A DNA stretch of 64,000 nucleotides from an uncultured virus (IMG/VR IMGVR_UViG_3300024272_000044) (lineage: Duplodnaviria > Heunggongvirae > Uroviricota > Caudoviricetes). Under the pieces are notes generated by a model. It worked only from the letters and a program-made list of their open reading frames with translations, was not told where the DNA came from and did not search any database. The position numbers were made by a program, and so were the translations under genes. Of the stretch, positions 43,329-55,614 are shown piece after piece; positions within the stretch are counted from its first letter, which is position 1; each line of letters begins with the position of its first letter. The stretch lies in the IMG/VR virus record IMGVR_UViG_3300024272_000044, one strand, 5' to 3'.

Positions 43329-44213
43329 ATGAAAACATTAGGAGTATACAAAAACGGAAATTATAGAGTAATCATTATGGATGACGGAACAAAAATCAGA
43401 GAGACAAATGAAGATGAATTTATTCCATCTTTTGCTGAAAACTGTGATTGCAAAATTACAGATAAATGTGATGGTGGTTGTCCATTTTGCTATGAGGGGT
43501 GTACTCCTAATGGCAAACATGGAGACATTTTAAACTATAAATTCTTGGATACATTACATCCATATACCGAACTTGCTATTAATGGAAACGATATGAGCCA
43601 TCCAGACTTAATTCCATTTCTTGAAAAACTAAAAGAAAAGAAAGTTATTGCAAACATGACAGTAAATCAGATTCACTTTGAAAGATATCAAGACATGATT
43701 CGTGACCTAGTAGATAAAGGATTGATTCATGGTCTTGGAATTTCATTAAATAATCCAACTGAAAAATTTATTGAACTTGTTAAAACATATCCAAATGCAG
43801 TTATTCATGTTATCAATGGAATTTTAAGTCCGTCAGATGTTGGAATGCTTGCAGATAACGATTTGAAGATTCTTATTCTTGGGTATAAACTGTTAAGACG
43901 TGGTGTTACCCATTATACAACAGAGCATAACAATATTGATTCTTTACAGTATTGGCTCAAAGAAAATCTTGAAGATATGCTTAATCATTTTAAAGTAATT
44001 AGTTTTGACAATCTTGCAATCGAACAGCTTGAAGTTAAAAGACTTATGAGCGAAGAAGAATGGAATGAGTTTTACATGGGAGATGATGGCGGATTTACTT
44101 TCTACTTAGACTTAGTGGATGGAAACTTTGGAAGAAATTCTCTTGCAACAGACAGATATTCAATCATGGATAATATCGATGATATGTTCCAGAAGATTTT
44201 AAATGAAAGATAA
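43329..44213 (+). CDS. Radical SAM protein
   Basis: CDGGCPFC = CxxxCxxC motif. Confidence 0.9.
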   Translation: MKTLGVYKNGNYRVIIMDDGTKIRETNEDEFIPSFAENCDCKITDKCDGGCPFCYEGCTPNGKHGDILNYKFLDTLHPYTELAINGNDMSHPDLIPFLEKLKEKKVIANMTVNQIHFERYQDMIRDLVDKGLIHGLGISLNNPTEKFIELVKTYPNAVIHVINGILSPSDVGMLADNDLKILILGYKLLRRGVTHYTTEHNNIDSLQYWLKENLEDMLNHFKVISFDNLAIEQLEVKRLMSEEEWNEFYMGDDGGFTFYLDLVDGNFGRNSLATDRYSIMDNIDDMFQKILNER

Positions 44214-47200
44214 GGTACGAACAATGACGTTATGGAAAGTTAAGAAATGTTATTTTAATTATGATAATAATGTATCAGAAATTGCATATGTAATTTTACC
44301 ATATGATTTAAAAGGACATTTAGAATGTTGTTTTAAATGGTATGGAATCGAAGGATTAAAGTGGTGTTATTTATTTGAAAAGCAGGCAAAACGTAAAGCA
44401 GATAAGTTAAATAAACAATTAAAAGAAAGGTTTTAAGTGGTGATTGATTATGTTATTTTTAAAAATTTATGCAGCATTTTGTATTTTAACATTTCTAGTT
44501 GTTGTAATGCAGAGTTATGTATTATATAAGGAAATTAAAAGAGAATATCCAGATGCAGTAGAAGAATATCTTAAGAATCATAAAAGAAATATTTTGGAAA
44601 GAATGTTTGCATGGGCAAGAGTGATTATTGCTTGTTTTGTTCCAATTATAAATATTGGCATCTTTTACGTTGCAATGTTTGAGACGGAAAAGGTAAAAGA
44701 CGTGTTTATAAGTAAAGAGCTAAAGTTATAAAAGAAGGATTTTAAGTGATGGTTGAAATTAAATGTATAGATGAATATACAACTAGATTAAAAATGTTGC
44801 CAGTATGTGATTGTGGATATGTATTTAAAGATGGTGTGGTTTGCAGTATGATGTATCATAAAGTAGGCGATATTGAATATCCAATGTATTTTATTGAGCC
44901 AAATATTTGTCCAAATTGTAAAAAGGTAATTGAATGTATTGAACTTGATAGAGATAAAATTGATTTTACAAATGGAGATTTAAGTGATGAAAGACTATGA
45001 AAAAATTTTTATTAATTTAATGAACCAGATTTATGATTGGCGTGCTCGTAATATCGAGCCAACTAGAATTATCCTTGGAACAGAAATCGTAAAAATTCTT
45101 CATAACTCAACTTGTCATATTTATGAAGCAACTGATTATGGTGTTGTTGAATTTATGGGAATACCAGTAACAATTGATTATAAAAACAAATGGATTATAA
45201 TGGCTTGTGATGGCGAGGAATGGGATATGAGAAATTTTTTAAGCACATAAAAGAGAAGTTTTAAGTGGAAAAATTTTGCAAAAAAGCTATTGACAAATAT
45301 AACCTTATTTGTTATAATATGTATAGAAACAAAGAAATAGTAAAGTTATAGGAGATAAGGTTATATGAAAATATATCAGATACATGAACGTGGTGGCGAA
45401 TGGGAAGATTATTATGACTATATAGTATCTAGTTATCTTTCAGAAGAAAAGGCAATTGCAGAAAAAGAGAGACTTGAAAAAGAGCAAGCAGAAAAAATAA
45501 AATGCAATGAGTGTCCGTTATATTATTGTCCACAAGATTGTCAGCTTGATTGTTTGTCTGAACATGATAAATGTCAGAAACGTGCAATCGAGGAGGCAAA
45601 AAGACGTTGTGAATACTATGAGTCAAGTGATGATGAAAAATGTGCTAACTATTATTATGATATTTATGGCGATAGTTCTTATAGTATTGAAGAAGTAGAA
45701 GTGATTGAGTAGGTGATGATATGACAAGTGCAATTTTAGTATTAAAATATATGCCAGACATGTGTAGAAATTGTCCATTGTTTGATTTTAATAATCGTGG
45801 AGAACCAATTTGTAACAAAGAAAACAAACGCATTGATTCTATGTATAGAAAACCAGATTGGTGTCCATTAGTAGAATTACCAAAGTATTCAGTAAGAGAC
45901 TATCCAGAGTATGATAGATATGTTACTGGATATGATGATGGTTGGGATGCTTGTATTAATGAGATTTTGGGAGAATAGATTATGAATAAAGCGATATTGG
46001 TATTAAATGAAATGCCTAGCTGTTGCATAGAGTGTCCATGTAGAACAAAAAATCTTTTGGATAAAGATGTATGCAATTGTTTATATGAAAATAATGAATT
46101 AGGATTACATGATTTAATGCATGATAGACCATATTGGTGTCCATTAAAAGAAGTTCCAATGGGAATAGATGCTTATGTTCCAGAATCAGTAGATTACTTG
46201 TCATATCATAGAGGATGGTATGATTGTAAAAGAGAAATTACAGGAGACTAAATTTATAAAACGGTAATTTTAAGAGGTGATTAACATGGCGATGCCAACA
46301 AGAGAAGAATATGAAGAAGCGTTAGAGAGTAAAAAATATTTGGATGATGCAATTAGAAGAGAATATAAACGCAGAGATGATTTAATAAATCAATTATGTG
46401 GTTCGCAAAAGTTATTAGATGGTTATAAAGAGTCATTGGATTATCAGAAAGATATCATTCAGAAGTATGAGATTTATCGTGAAATATGGATGGATAGTAT
46501 TAGGAATATGTAGTAATAAAAGGACTGTTTTAAGAGGTGTAATATATGGATTTGAGAATGTTAGAAAGAGCAGCGATGATTGTTTTTGAAATGTGCAGAC
46601 AACATCCAGAACTTTGTCCACATGATTATGATTGGGTTTCTACTAATTTAAATACTGGGATAAAACGTTATAGATGTAATATTTGTGGAAAAGAAAAGAT
46701 AGTAGAAGAATAAAATGAACATTTTAAAGAGGATAGCAATATGATAATGGATGGATGGCAAGCTGAAAATTATATGAAAAGATTGGAAAAAGATAACATT
46801 ATAAGAACCGTTCCTATTACAGAAGGAATGACAATTTATTTTAATAATGCAACTTCATATTATGAAGAAAAAAATAAGTTAAAAGAAGCTGGTTTTAAAA
46901 TGGAATGTAGTGATGATGTTTATAGTGTTTATATTCTTTCTTGTCCATATAAATATAATAATGAAACAATATATAGAATAAAATGATTATTTTAATGTAT
47001 TAAATTTTAGGAGGTAAATTATATGAAACTTAGAAATATTAATGATGTAAATGATTTTTTAAATGTTGTAGAAAGCTGTGAAGGAGAAGTATATTTAACT
47101 AGTCAGTATGGGGACAAGTTTTGTTTAAAGAGTTATATGAGCAGATATATTGCTCTTGGCGCATTGCTTGGAGAACGTGGTGATGAGCTTGAAATCTTTT

Positions 47201-50200
47201 GTGAATATAAAAGCGATGAATATAAATTCTTAGACTTTTTTGAAGACCATAAGCATGTATTATTTGGAGGAAAATCAGCAGAATAAAAAACATATTTTAT
47301 GGGGTAGAAAATGGAAGAAAGAAGATACAAAGTTTTAATTGATAATATGGTTGTTGCAGAGAGAATGGATTTAAAGACAGCAACAATATTGGTAAAAGCA
47401 TTATTTGATGAATATTATAATGATTATAAAATGGTTGTAAGCGTTAAAGCAGAAGATAGAGCTGTTTGTTCGGAAGAAGCATTTGACTTTTAACTAGAGA
47501 ATAAAATACGAATTTTAAGTGGTGGTTAACAATGAATAAAAGACAGCGAAAAAAATATAAAAAGAAAATAGAAATGTTCACAGAATCTTATGTGTCTTCT
47601 TATAGAGAATTAAGAGAACTTGATAGAAGTTATCACGATTTTAAACTTTCGTGCGACAGAATGAAAAAACTAGGACACACATGGGATTTAGAGTTTCTAT
47701 TGAGTAGATAAAAATAAAATTTTAAGAGGTGATTATATGGAAAATAAAAAGAAGTGTCCTAAATGTGGAAAAGAAATGTCGTTTTATATTGAAGGTAATA
47801 TTGCTGGTTCATTAGGTGTGTTTGAATGCGAATGCGGTTATAAGAATAAAAATGGTTTAAATATACATTATGCTACGGATGAAGATTGGGAGAGATTTCA
47901 TAATAATACTAGGGGTATTATGTGGTAATAAAAATAGAGTTTTAAGAGGTTGCAGATATGAGTGTTGCTTATGGAATAAATACAAAGGTTGTTGTAAAAG
48001 GTCAATGTAACCATCCAGATAAAAGAGGTATAGTTGAAGAGTATTTAAAAGACGGTCTTCCAATTCCAAAGTTTTCATGGACTCATTGTGTATTTTGTCA
48101 TAATGATGGCTGTGTATTCGGTGGAGAGTGTAGTTATAGAAGCAAATAAAAATATACTTTTAAGGGGTGGATTATGGCAAGCTGGGAAGATAAATTTGTT
48201 AGAATTTTAGAAACAGATGATTGGGTCGTAGATTACGATAAAGAGAAAAGAAAATATAGAGTTAGTAAATTTGAAGGCTATCATTTCAAAGATGAAATTT
48301 GGTTTGATGCTTATGAAGAAAATGAAGTTTCTAAAAAATGGTATCTTTTTAAAGATAGACTTCCTAAACTTAATGAGTTAGTTGAAGTTAAAATTGTTGT
48401 AGATGGCGAAGAAAGATATTATTTAGACCAATTAATGCAGACAAAAGATGGTAAATATAGATGGCTCTATAATTATTATGGTAATGCAGAAATTTCTTGG
48501 AGACGTGTATAATAAAAATTATATTTTATGGGGTAACAACATGTATTTAGAAGAATATGAAAATGAAAATTGTAATCTTGCTGTAGGTAAATATAAGATT
48601 AAAAATGGTAGCAAGTTTATTGCTGGTGGAAAGGTTTCACAATTAAATTTAATGTTAGACCAACATTTTAATTGGTTTCAGAAACTAATGTGGAAATGGT
48701 GTTTTGGAGTAAAAGTAGAAGATTATAGTGATGAGTAATATGAAATTAGATTGTTATTTTGAAGAATGTAAACATTGTATAAATAGACATTTTAATGATA
48801 AGCTTGTGTGTTGTCTTACAAATAGATTAAGTCTAGCATGGCATAATTGTTTGTTAGAAATTCCTATTATTAATAAACTTATAAAAAAAGAAAAATACTG
48901 TCATTGGCATACGAATGAAAATTTGTTTAAAGCGTATTATTCTAATGATAGTCATAAAACCATAGGAGATATACTAAAATAAGGGGAAATATATATGAAT
49001 TGTAGAGAAGAAATTATTCAGAATATTAAAGATTGTGGTCAGTCGTTAATTGATAATGCAGAAAAGATTGCAAATGATTTTAAATATCATACAGATTTAA
49101 CTATCACTTGTTATCCTACAGAAAAAGATAGAGCTCCTCGTATTATTGTAGAAACAGAATTTATACCAGAAAAAATTGTTGAAAGATATATGTAAGAGGT
49201 AAGAATATATGGGATGCGTAAGTACAATTAGTTATTATAATTTTCCTAAACAAGCGGATAGTAGCTATAAATATCCCCATCTTGGAAAAGTTGTAGAAGT
49301 TTGTTATCACTATGATACAAGCAAGAAACATAGGGGAATTATTGTTAGAGACGACAGAGAAGAGCCATTTCAGACGATTATTGCATTAGAGAACGGTAGA
49401 TATGTGCTTGGAACTGAATGTCAGTATTCATTTGTTGACTAATAAAAACTTAATTTTATTGGGAGTGAATTATGAAAAAATCAGAAATAACTCGTAGACA
49501 ATTTTCTGAGAATTGCCAATCTTGGTTCAGTAAGAATTGTGCTTGTTGGGCGAATAATCATAATGGATGGTCTAAAATGAAAAAGAAAAACAGAAGATTG
49601 TTTAAAAAGAAATATAGAAGAGAAACAGAAAAAGAAATAAAGGATACTTTAGATGGAATGTAAAGATTGTAAATATTATAAAGTAGATAGTTTCACTTTT
49701 AATGGTAAAAAGTATACAAATCGTATGTGTGAAATTACTCATTTATGCAACACGAAATCTTGCAACGCAGAAAGTTATGAACATATTGAGAATGCAAATA
49801 TATGTTTTAATTGTAAATATTGGCATGGTGGTGGAGACTGGGGTTTGAGTTGCGAGAAAAATTATTATAATTGTAGTGCTAACGGATTTGATGAAGTGTG
49901 TGAACAATTTGAAAGGAAGCAGTATGAGAGGAATTTTTGATAGAATTATTGCAAGATTAGAAAATATAAGTGAATATGATGACTATGGAGAAATTGTAAA
50001 TTTAGACGAAGCGTTGAGTGTTATATATGAATTAAGAGACGAATATAGTGATTGTATTTATATGTCGTTGGATGATTATATGAAACTTGTTGAGTATAAA
50101 TATATGTACGAAGACTTGCGTAGGTAGGTGAATAGAAATGATTAGTAATCCAAAGTTTGGTTGGTGTGATTTTAAACTAAGAACGTTCTATGGAAGTCCA

Positions 50201-50539
50201 AGCTATTTAACAAATGTTCCAGTAGATTTATTAGATGCATTTATTGATTATTTCGCAAACGGAATGGGCATGGCATGGTTTGACGAAGAAGGAACTGAAT
50301 TTACATTGGTGATTAACCCATATTCATTATATATTATAGAAGAAAAAGGAAAATCAGTTTTACATGATTTTTCAGAAATGAAAGTTGAAAAATTGGCAAA
50401 AGAGTTAATTAATGATATTGAAAAGGATTTAAATGCTTGGTCTATGTTCTTTATATGGGATGACCAAGAAGAAATTGAAATGAATAGAAATGATATTAGA
50501 CAACGAATTGCGAAGTTAAAAGAATATATTAAAAATTAA
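44203..50539 (+). CDS. Array of about 22 small hypothetical ORFs, many Cys-rich
   Basis: Co-directional short ORFs with RBS; many junctions carry TAAAA-N6-TTTTA. Confidence 0.7.
47023..47286 (+). CDS. HPr-fold-like small protein
   Basis: NINDVNDFLNVVESCEGEVYLTS...LKS pattern. Confidence 0.5.
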   Translation: MKLRNINDVNDFLNVVESCEGEVYLTSQYGDKFCLKSYMSRYIALGALLGERGDELEIFCEYKSDEYKFLDFFEDHKHVLFGGKSAE

Positions 50540-50635
50540 AATCATTTATATCCTTAAGTGTTAAAATTTGATAACTCCTTATAAAAATGATATTATTAAA
50601 TAAAATAAATATATATCTTATAAGGAGATGGCATA

Positions 50636-51589
50636 ATGAATAAGCATATGCAGGAGTTTATTGATTCTATGGAATCAAACAATACTCAAAAAGTAATTAA
50701 ATATGTATTCAAAAGAATCAATGAAAACAACATAGAGAATTATAATTCATTACAAATGGAAAATTTGATATTAAATATGCACCCAAATAGTAGTAAAGAA
50801 ATCATTACTATAGTTTATATTTTATCATCTTACTTTAAATATTTACAAGAAAAAGGTGTAGTTAATAATGATAATGCATATCAAATTGTTCAAAGTATTG
50901 ACAAAAATCTTTTATGGAAGAAATGTAAGCCAAGTGCAAAAAAGAAATTTATATCATATGAGCAATATAAAAGAACAATACATGATATAGAAATGTATGA
51001 AGAGTATAATTCTTTATATTATACATCATTATTCAGTTGTTTATATTATGGTGTTTATAATGATGATTTAAGCGTAATCAAAAATATGAGAAAATCAGAT
51101 ATAGAAGATAATGGGACTATAACATTAAGAGAAGATAATGGTCATAGTTATAAAATTAAAATACCAGAGAGATTGGCAGGAGATTTAAAGAAGCTTGCAG
51201 ATATAAATACATGGCAACGTCCAAATCGTTTTTCTGTATGCAATGTAGAAATGCGTGGAGTTTATCCAGATAGTGTGTTCAAAGTAGAAAATAGGTCTAC
51301 AGCATCAGATGAAAGCTATAAATTTACATTCTATTCAAAGCTTCGTAAAATATCAAAAGAATATTTAGAATACTCTTTATTGCCATTACAATTATATGCT
51401 AGTGGTATAATGAACAGAATTAAAATTGAGTTAAATAAAAACAACATCTCTTTGAATGAAGCATTTTCTCAAAATAATAGAAATAAAATGGCGCATTTAA
51501 TTATATCAAAAGAATTAATGAGATGTAACAGTAATATAGAAGTTAGTAACTTTAGAGAGTTAGTAAAAGGACATTTAGACAGCTTTTAA
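50636..51589 (+). CDS. Integrase-fold protein lacking catalytic motifs, MrpR/YopR-like repressor candidate
   Basis: Integrase-like layout (FISYEQY...LYYGV...MRKSDI...ITL...LYASG) without HxxR; size and position upstream of the replication module resemble SPbeta mrpR. Confidence 0.55.
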   Translation: MNKHMQEFIDSMESNNTQKVIKYVFKRINENNIENYNSLQMENLILNMHPNSSKEIITIVYILSSYFKYLQEKGVVNNDNAYQIVQSIDKNLLWKKCKPSAKKKFISYEQYKRTIHDIEMYEEYNSLYYTSLFSCLYYGVYNDDLSVIKNMRKSDIEDNGTITLREDNGHSYKIKIPERLAGDLKKLADINTWQRPNRFSVCNVEMRGVYPDSVFKVENRSTASDESYKFTFYSKLRKISKEYLEYSLLPLQLYASGIMNRIKIELNKNNISLNEAFSQNNRNKMAHLIISKELMRCNSNIEVSNFRELVKGHLDSF

Positions 51590-51735
51590 AATGTAAAAAT
51601 TTTACAAAAAAATCTAAAAAAGGTATTGCAATTTTCTAATAATTATGCTAATATAATATCAGTAAATAAACCACGAGGTGTTAACAATGCACTTCGTGGT
51701 ACACAATGATATTTGTAATATAATTAGAAAGGAAT

Positions 51736-52851
51736 ATGCATATGGGAAACAATATTAATTTTGGTTTTATTAAAGACAATGATAATCTACAACTAAATAA
51801 GATATTAAAAAATAATAACAAATTAAAAGAAATACATATAGATATGTATGCAGATAATCCTATTGAATCCTCGATTCCTTTTGTATTACTACTTAGAGTA
51901 ATTGAAAAAAACATAATTGTTCTAAATGACGGACGTAGGCTTGCGTTTAGAATGAATAATATATTTAATACTTATATTATGAATATATTATTATCGGACA
52001 TAACTGAATGTTTTGTTAAAATTGCAGATGAATATTATTCTGAACTTATATTAAATGTTAAAAATATCTATTACAAAATTACAGTTTTTGGCTGATAAAT
52101 TACATATAAAAATGTTAGATGGGTTGGGTGGGCGTGAGAATTTATTATATATAAATATTAACGTTATATAGAAAGGAGAATGAAATGTCATTTTTAAGAT
52201 TTGTAAGGATGTGTAAAAAATATGATTTTACTTATATGCTTAGTACGTATTTAAAATTAAAATTAACTATTAGACCATATCACACATATAAAAATATTGA
52301 GATAGTAGATGAATGTTATAATTACAGAAAATTATTTAAAAAGGCTGTCAAAGAAATGAAAGATTATAGAAAGGCAAATGGTTAATAATATGAAAAGGAA
52401 AATATTTATATCTGTACTATTTTGTATTTGTATGATGATGACTGGATGCAGTGATAAACAAGAAGAATTAGAAGTTGTAGAAGTTATAGAAAATGAAACT
52501 AAAACAACTACATTGATAATTGAAACAGAAGAAAAAACAAAAATTAATATTAGCTTTCTTGATGAATCATATCTTATGAAGATTGCACAATATAAAGGCG
52601 GAAGCCTTGAAGATAGAGTGTATACAATTCTTGTCACATTAAACAAAGCAAGAGAAAAAGATTCATCAGAAATGTATACAGACTATGCAATGAGTATGGT
52701 TCAAGACACAGTTTTAAATGAATTATATAATATTCACGGTATAACACCTAATGAATTTGAAGAGATTGTTCCAGATGTAATAACAATAGAAGCAATGGAT
52801 ATTGTTAAATGGGAATGCTCTGGTATGAAATATGCACAAAGGGGTGAATAA
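51736..52851 (+). CDS. Three hypothetical proteins (51736-52095, 52185-52385, 52378-52851; the last has a lipoprotein-like signal)
   Basis: RBS-preceded ORFs; MMMTGC lipobox-like. Confidence 0.65.
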
Positions 52852-54003
52852 ATGTATTTAGATGTAGCAGCAACAGCTAAAAATGAAGTTGACGATATAA
52901 TTATCAATGAGATGGTATATGCCATGAAAGAACATTGGATGAACCCATCCAGTCTATATGCTTTTGATGTTAAAAAAGAAATTGATAAATGCAGAGATAA
53001 CATTGCTAATTTTATTAGAGCAAAACCAAATGAAATTTATTTTACAAGTGGAGCTTCTGAAAGTAATAATTGGGCAATTAGAGGATTTTCAGATAAAATG
53101 TGGGATAATTTATATGATAATCCATATGTAATTACTACAAGAATTGAACACAAGTCTATTATAAGTGCAGTTAGAAACGAAAGCCTTGGTGCTGTTGTAA
53201 GATATTGCGATGTGGATGAATATGGATTGGTAGATTTAAATAAATTAGAAAAGTTATTAGCAGAATGTTATAATGAGCCAGTGTTGGTTAGCGTGTGTAT
53301 GGCTAATAATGAGATTGGGACTGTTCAGCATATACCAATAATTTCAGATATTGTACATAAACATGGTGGAGTACTACACGTTGATGCAACTCAAGCATTT
53401 GGACATATTTCTATTGATGTAGAAAAAATGGGTATTGATATGATGAGTTGCAGTGGTCATAAAATTTCTCCAGTATTAAGAGGTGTTGGCTTCTTATATA
53501 AGAAAAATGGTATTAGCATTAATCCGCTTATTTATGGAGCTCAAGAAAGTGGACTTCGTGGTGGCACAGAGAATACATATGGTATTATTGGACTTAGCAA
53601 GGCTATAGATTATTGCAACGTTAATATGGAAGCTATTGAAACATTAATAGATAAAAGATTTTATTTTATCAACATGCTTGAAAAAAGATTTGGATGTAAA
53701 TTGAATGGTCATCCATATTATAGACTTCCTAATAATATTAATGTTACATTCCCACAGAAGATAACTGGAGAAGCTCTTGTATATACATTGGAAACATCTG
53801 AAATATACTGTTCTGTTGGAAGTGCATGTAATTCCAAATCAATAAATCCAAGTCATGTATTAAAAGAAATTGGACTAACAGATAGCGAAGCAATAAGAAC
53901 AGTAAGAATTAGTCTTCCAGATGATATTACATATGATGATATAGATAATGTTATAAATGAAATAGATAAGGCGATTAAATTAATTGAAATGTGTGGTGAT
54001 TAA
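52852..54003 (+). CDS. iscS: Cysteine desulfurase (IscS/NifS family)
   Basis: YLDVAAT, NPSS, FTSGASESNN, HVDATQ, SGHK (PLP lysine), GSAC (catalytic Cys). Confidence 0.95.
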   Translation: MYLDVAATAKNEVDDIIINEMVYAMKEHWMNPSSLYAFDVKKEIDKCRDNIANFIRAKPNEIYFTSGASESNNWAIRGFSDKMWDNLYDNPYVITTRIEHKSIISAVRNESLGAVVRYCDVDEYGLVDLNKLEKLLAECYNEPVLVSVCMANNEIGTVQHIPIISDIVHKHGGVLHVDATQAFGHISIDVEKMGIDMMSCSGHKISPVLRGVGFLYKKNGISINPLIYGAQESGLRGGTENTYGIIGLSKAIDYCNVNMEAIETLIDKRFYFINMLEKRFGCKLNGHPYYRLPNNINVTFPQKITGEALVYTLETSEIYCSVGSACNSKSINPSHVLKEIGLTDSEAIRTVRISLPDDITYDDIDNVINEIDKAIKLIEMCGD

Positions 54004-54369
54004 ATGTATAGAGTATATGATGTAAAAAATAAAAAGTGGATTACAGACAATGTTTATATGTCTTCAAATTGTGATTTATATATTTTAAAAACTTCTATTT
54101 TTAGTGGTGCAAAATTAGAATTATTAGAGGGTGAATATGTATACCATAACAGCATTGATTTATACGATAAAAGCAATACCTTGGTTTATGAGGGAGATTA
54201 TATTGAGGCTAAAGTTTCTGAAGACAAAACAGTAATTGGTCTTGTTGCATATGCACATGAATTATCTAGTTATGTAATTTTATGTGTTGATAGCGATGAA
54301 TTTTATACGCTTGGTTCTGAAGTAAAAGAATATATTAAAGTAGTTGGGAATGTATTTGATGAGCGTTAG
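54004..54369 (+). CDS. YopX family protein
   Basis: YRVYD...LYDK...VYEGD...VVGNVFD pattern. Confidence 0.8.
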   Translation: MYRVYDVKNKKWITDNVYMSSNCDLYILKTSIFSGAKLELLEGEYVYHNSIDLYDKSNTLVYEGDYIEAKVSEDKTVIGLVAYAHELSSYVILCVDSDEFYTLGSEVKEYIKVVGNVFDER

Positions 54370-54380
54370 GTGGTGATAAA

Positions 54381-55175
54381 ATGAATGTTATAGATTGTAG
54401 AGAAATTGCACAAAAGATTAAAGATGATGTAAAAGCTGTTGCCGATGGAAAAGGTTATGAGATTAATGTATTAACTAATCCTTATGATGAACCAAGTAGG
54501 GCATATGTTAGAAATAAAAAAATTGCATCTGAATATTGTGGTATTAAATTTAATGAAATTGTATTAGATGAAAATACGGAAGTAGATAGATTACTTGATA
54601 TTGCTGAATCAAATATACCTACAATCGTTCAATTACCTATTTGTGATAAATTAAGCAGTGTTAAAGAATATATTGCTAATGATATTATGAATAATAAGTG
54701 GTTAGATTGCGATGGTTTTGCAGTAGACTCATTCGTTAAACCAGCAACCGCAAATGGTGTAATGAGAATCTTTGAAGAAATCAAATATGATTTAACTGGG
54801 AAACATGTATGTATTGTAGGCAGAGGAAAAACTTGTGCAAAGCCGTTAGTTGATATGATGCTTGATAAAAATGCAACTGTTACTATTTGTCACAGTAAAA
54901 CACAAAACTTAGCAGACATAACAAATAAGTGTGACGTTATTGTTTCTTGTGTTGGAAAAGAAAATTTAATTACGGTTGACCATGTGAAAGACGGTGCTGT
55001 AGTAATTAATGTAGGGTTGACAAAAAATGATGATGGAAAACTTGTTGGCGATATCGATTTTGATAATGTTAAACGCAAAGCTTCTTATATTACTAAAAAT
55101 GTTGGAGGAGTTGGATTGTTAACAGTGGCTTGCTTAATGGAAAACGTAGTTAAATTATATGAATATTATAATTAA
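54381..55175 (+). CDS. folD: Methylene-THF dehydrogenase/cyclohydrolase
   Basis: YVRNK, VQLP, DCDG, PAT, NATVTICHSKT, GDIDF and GGVG motifs. Confidence 0.93.
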   Translation: MNVIDCREIAQKIKDDVKAVADGKGYEINVLTNPYDEPSRAYVRNKKIASEYCGIKFNEIVLDENTEVDRLLDIAESNIPTIVQLPICDKLSSVKEYIANDIMNNKWLDCDGFAVDSFVKPATANGVMRIFEEIKYDLTGKHVCIVGRGKTCAKPLVDMMLDKNATVTICHSKTQNLADITNKCDVIVSCVGKENLITVDHVKDGAVVINVGLTKNDDGKLVGDIDFDNVKRKASYITKNVGGVGLLTVACLMENVVKLYEYYN

Positions 55176-55188
55176 GGATGGTGATTAA

Positions 55189-55614
55189 GTGGAAACAGTT
55201 AGCATATATCTTAGTGGTGGAATGTCATCTGTAAGCTTTAAAGAGCAGTTAAAATGGAGAAGCAAAGTTATTAATGCAATTAAATATGGTGACTATGATT
55301 ATGATAAAAAACCTATGTTTTTCAATCCAGTAGAATATTATAATTATGAAGAAAAGCATCATAAAACAGAACGTGAAGTAATGGAATTTGAATTAAATAA
55401 ATTGAGAAATTCTGATTTGGTGATTGTGAATTTTAATGACCCAAAAAGTATTGGTACTTGTGCAGAGCTAGCTATTGCTTATGAAAATAGAATTCCAGTA
55501 ATTGGTATTAATAATGAAAAAGAGCTGCATCCTTGGCTTAATGAATTTGTTTGTAGAATGTGCTCGGACATTCGTGAAGCTGTTGAATATGTAGTAGATT
55601 TTTATCTTAATTAA
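55189..55614 (+). CDS. Nucleoside 2-deoxyribosyltransferase-like protein
   Basis: IYLSGGM...WR...NP...SIGT.AEL.IA pattern. Confidence 0.75.
   Translation: METVSIYLSGGMSSVSFKEQLKWRSKVINAIKYGDYDYDKKPMFFNPVEYYNYEEKHHKTEREVMEFELNKLRNSDLVIVNFNDPKSIGTCAELAIAYENRIPVIGINNEKELHPWLNEFVCRMCSDIREAVEYVVDFYLN

Noticed and set aside
52852..54003. DndA of a phosphorothioation system
   Set aside because: No dndBCDE or ssp genes visible in the window
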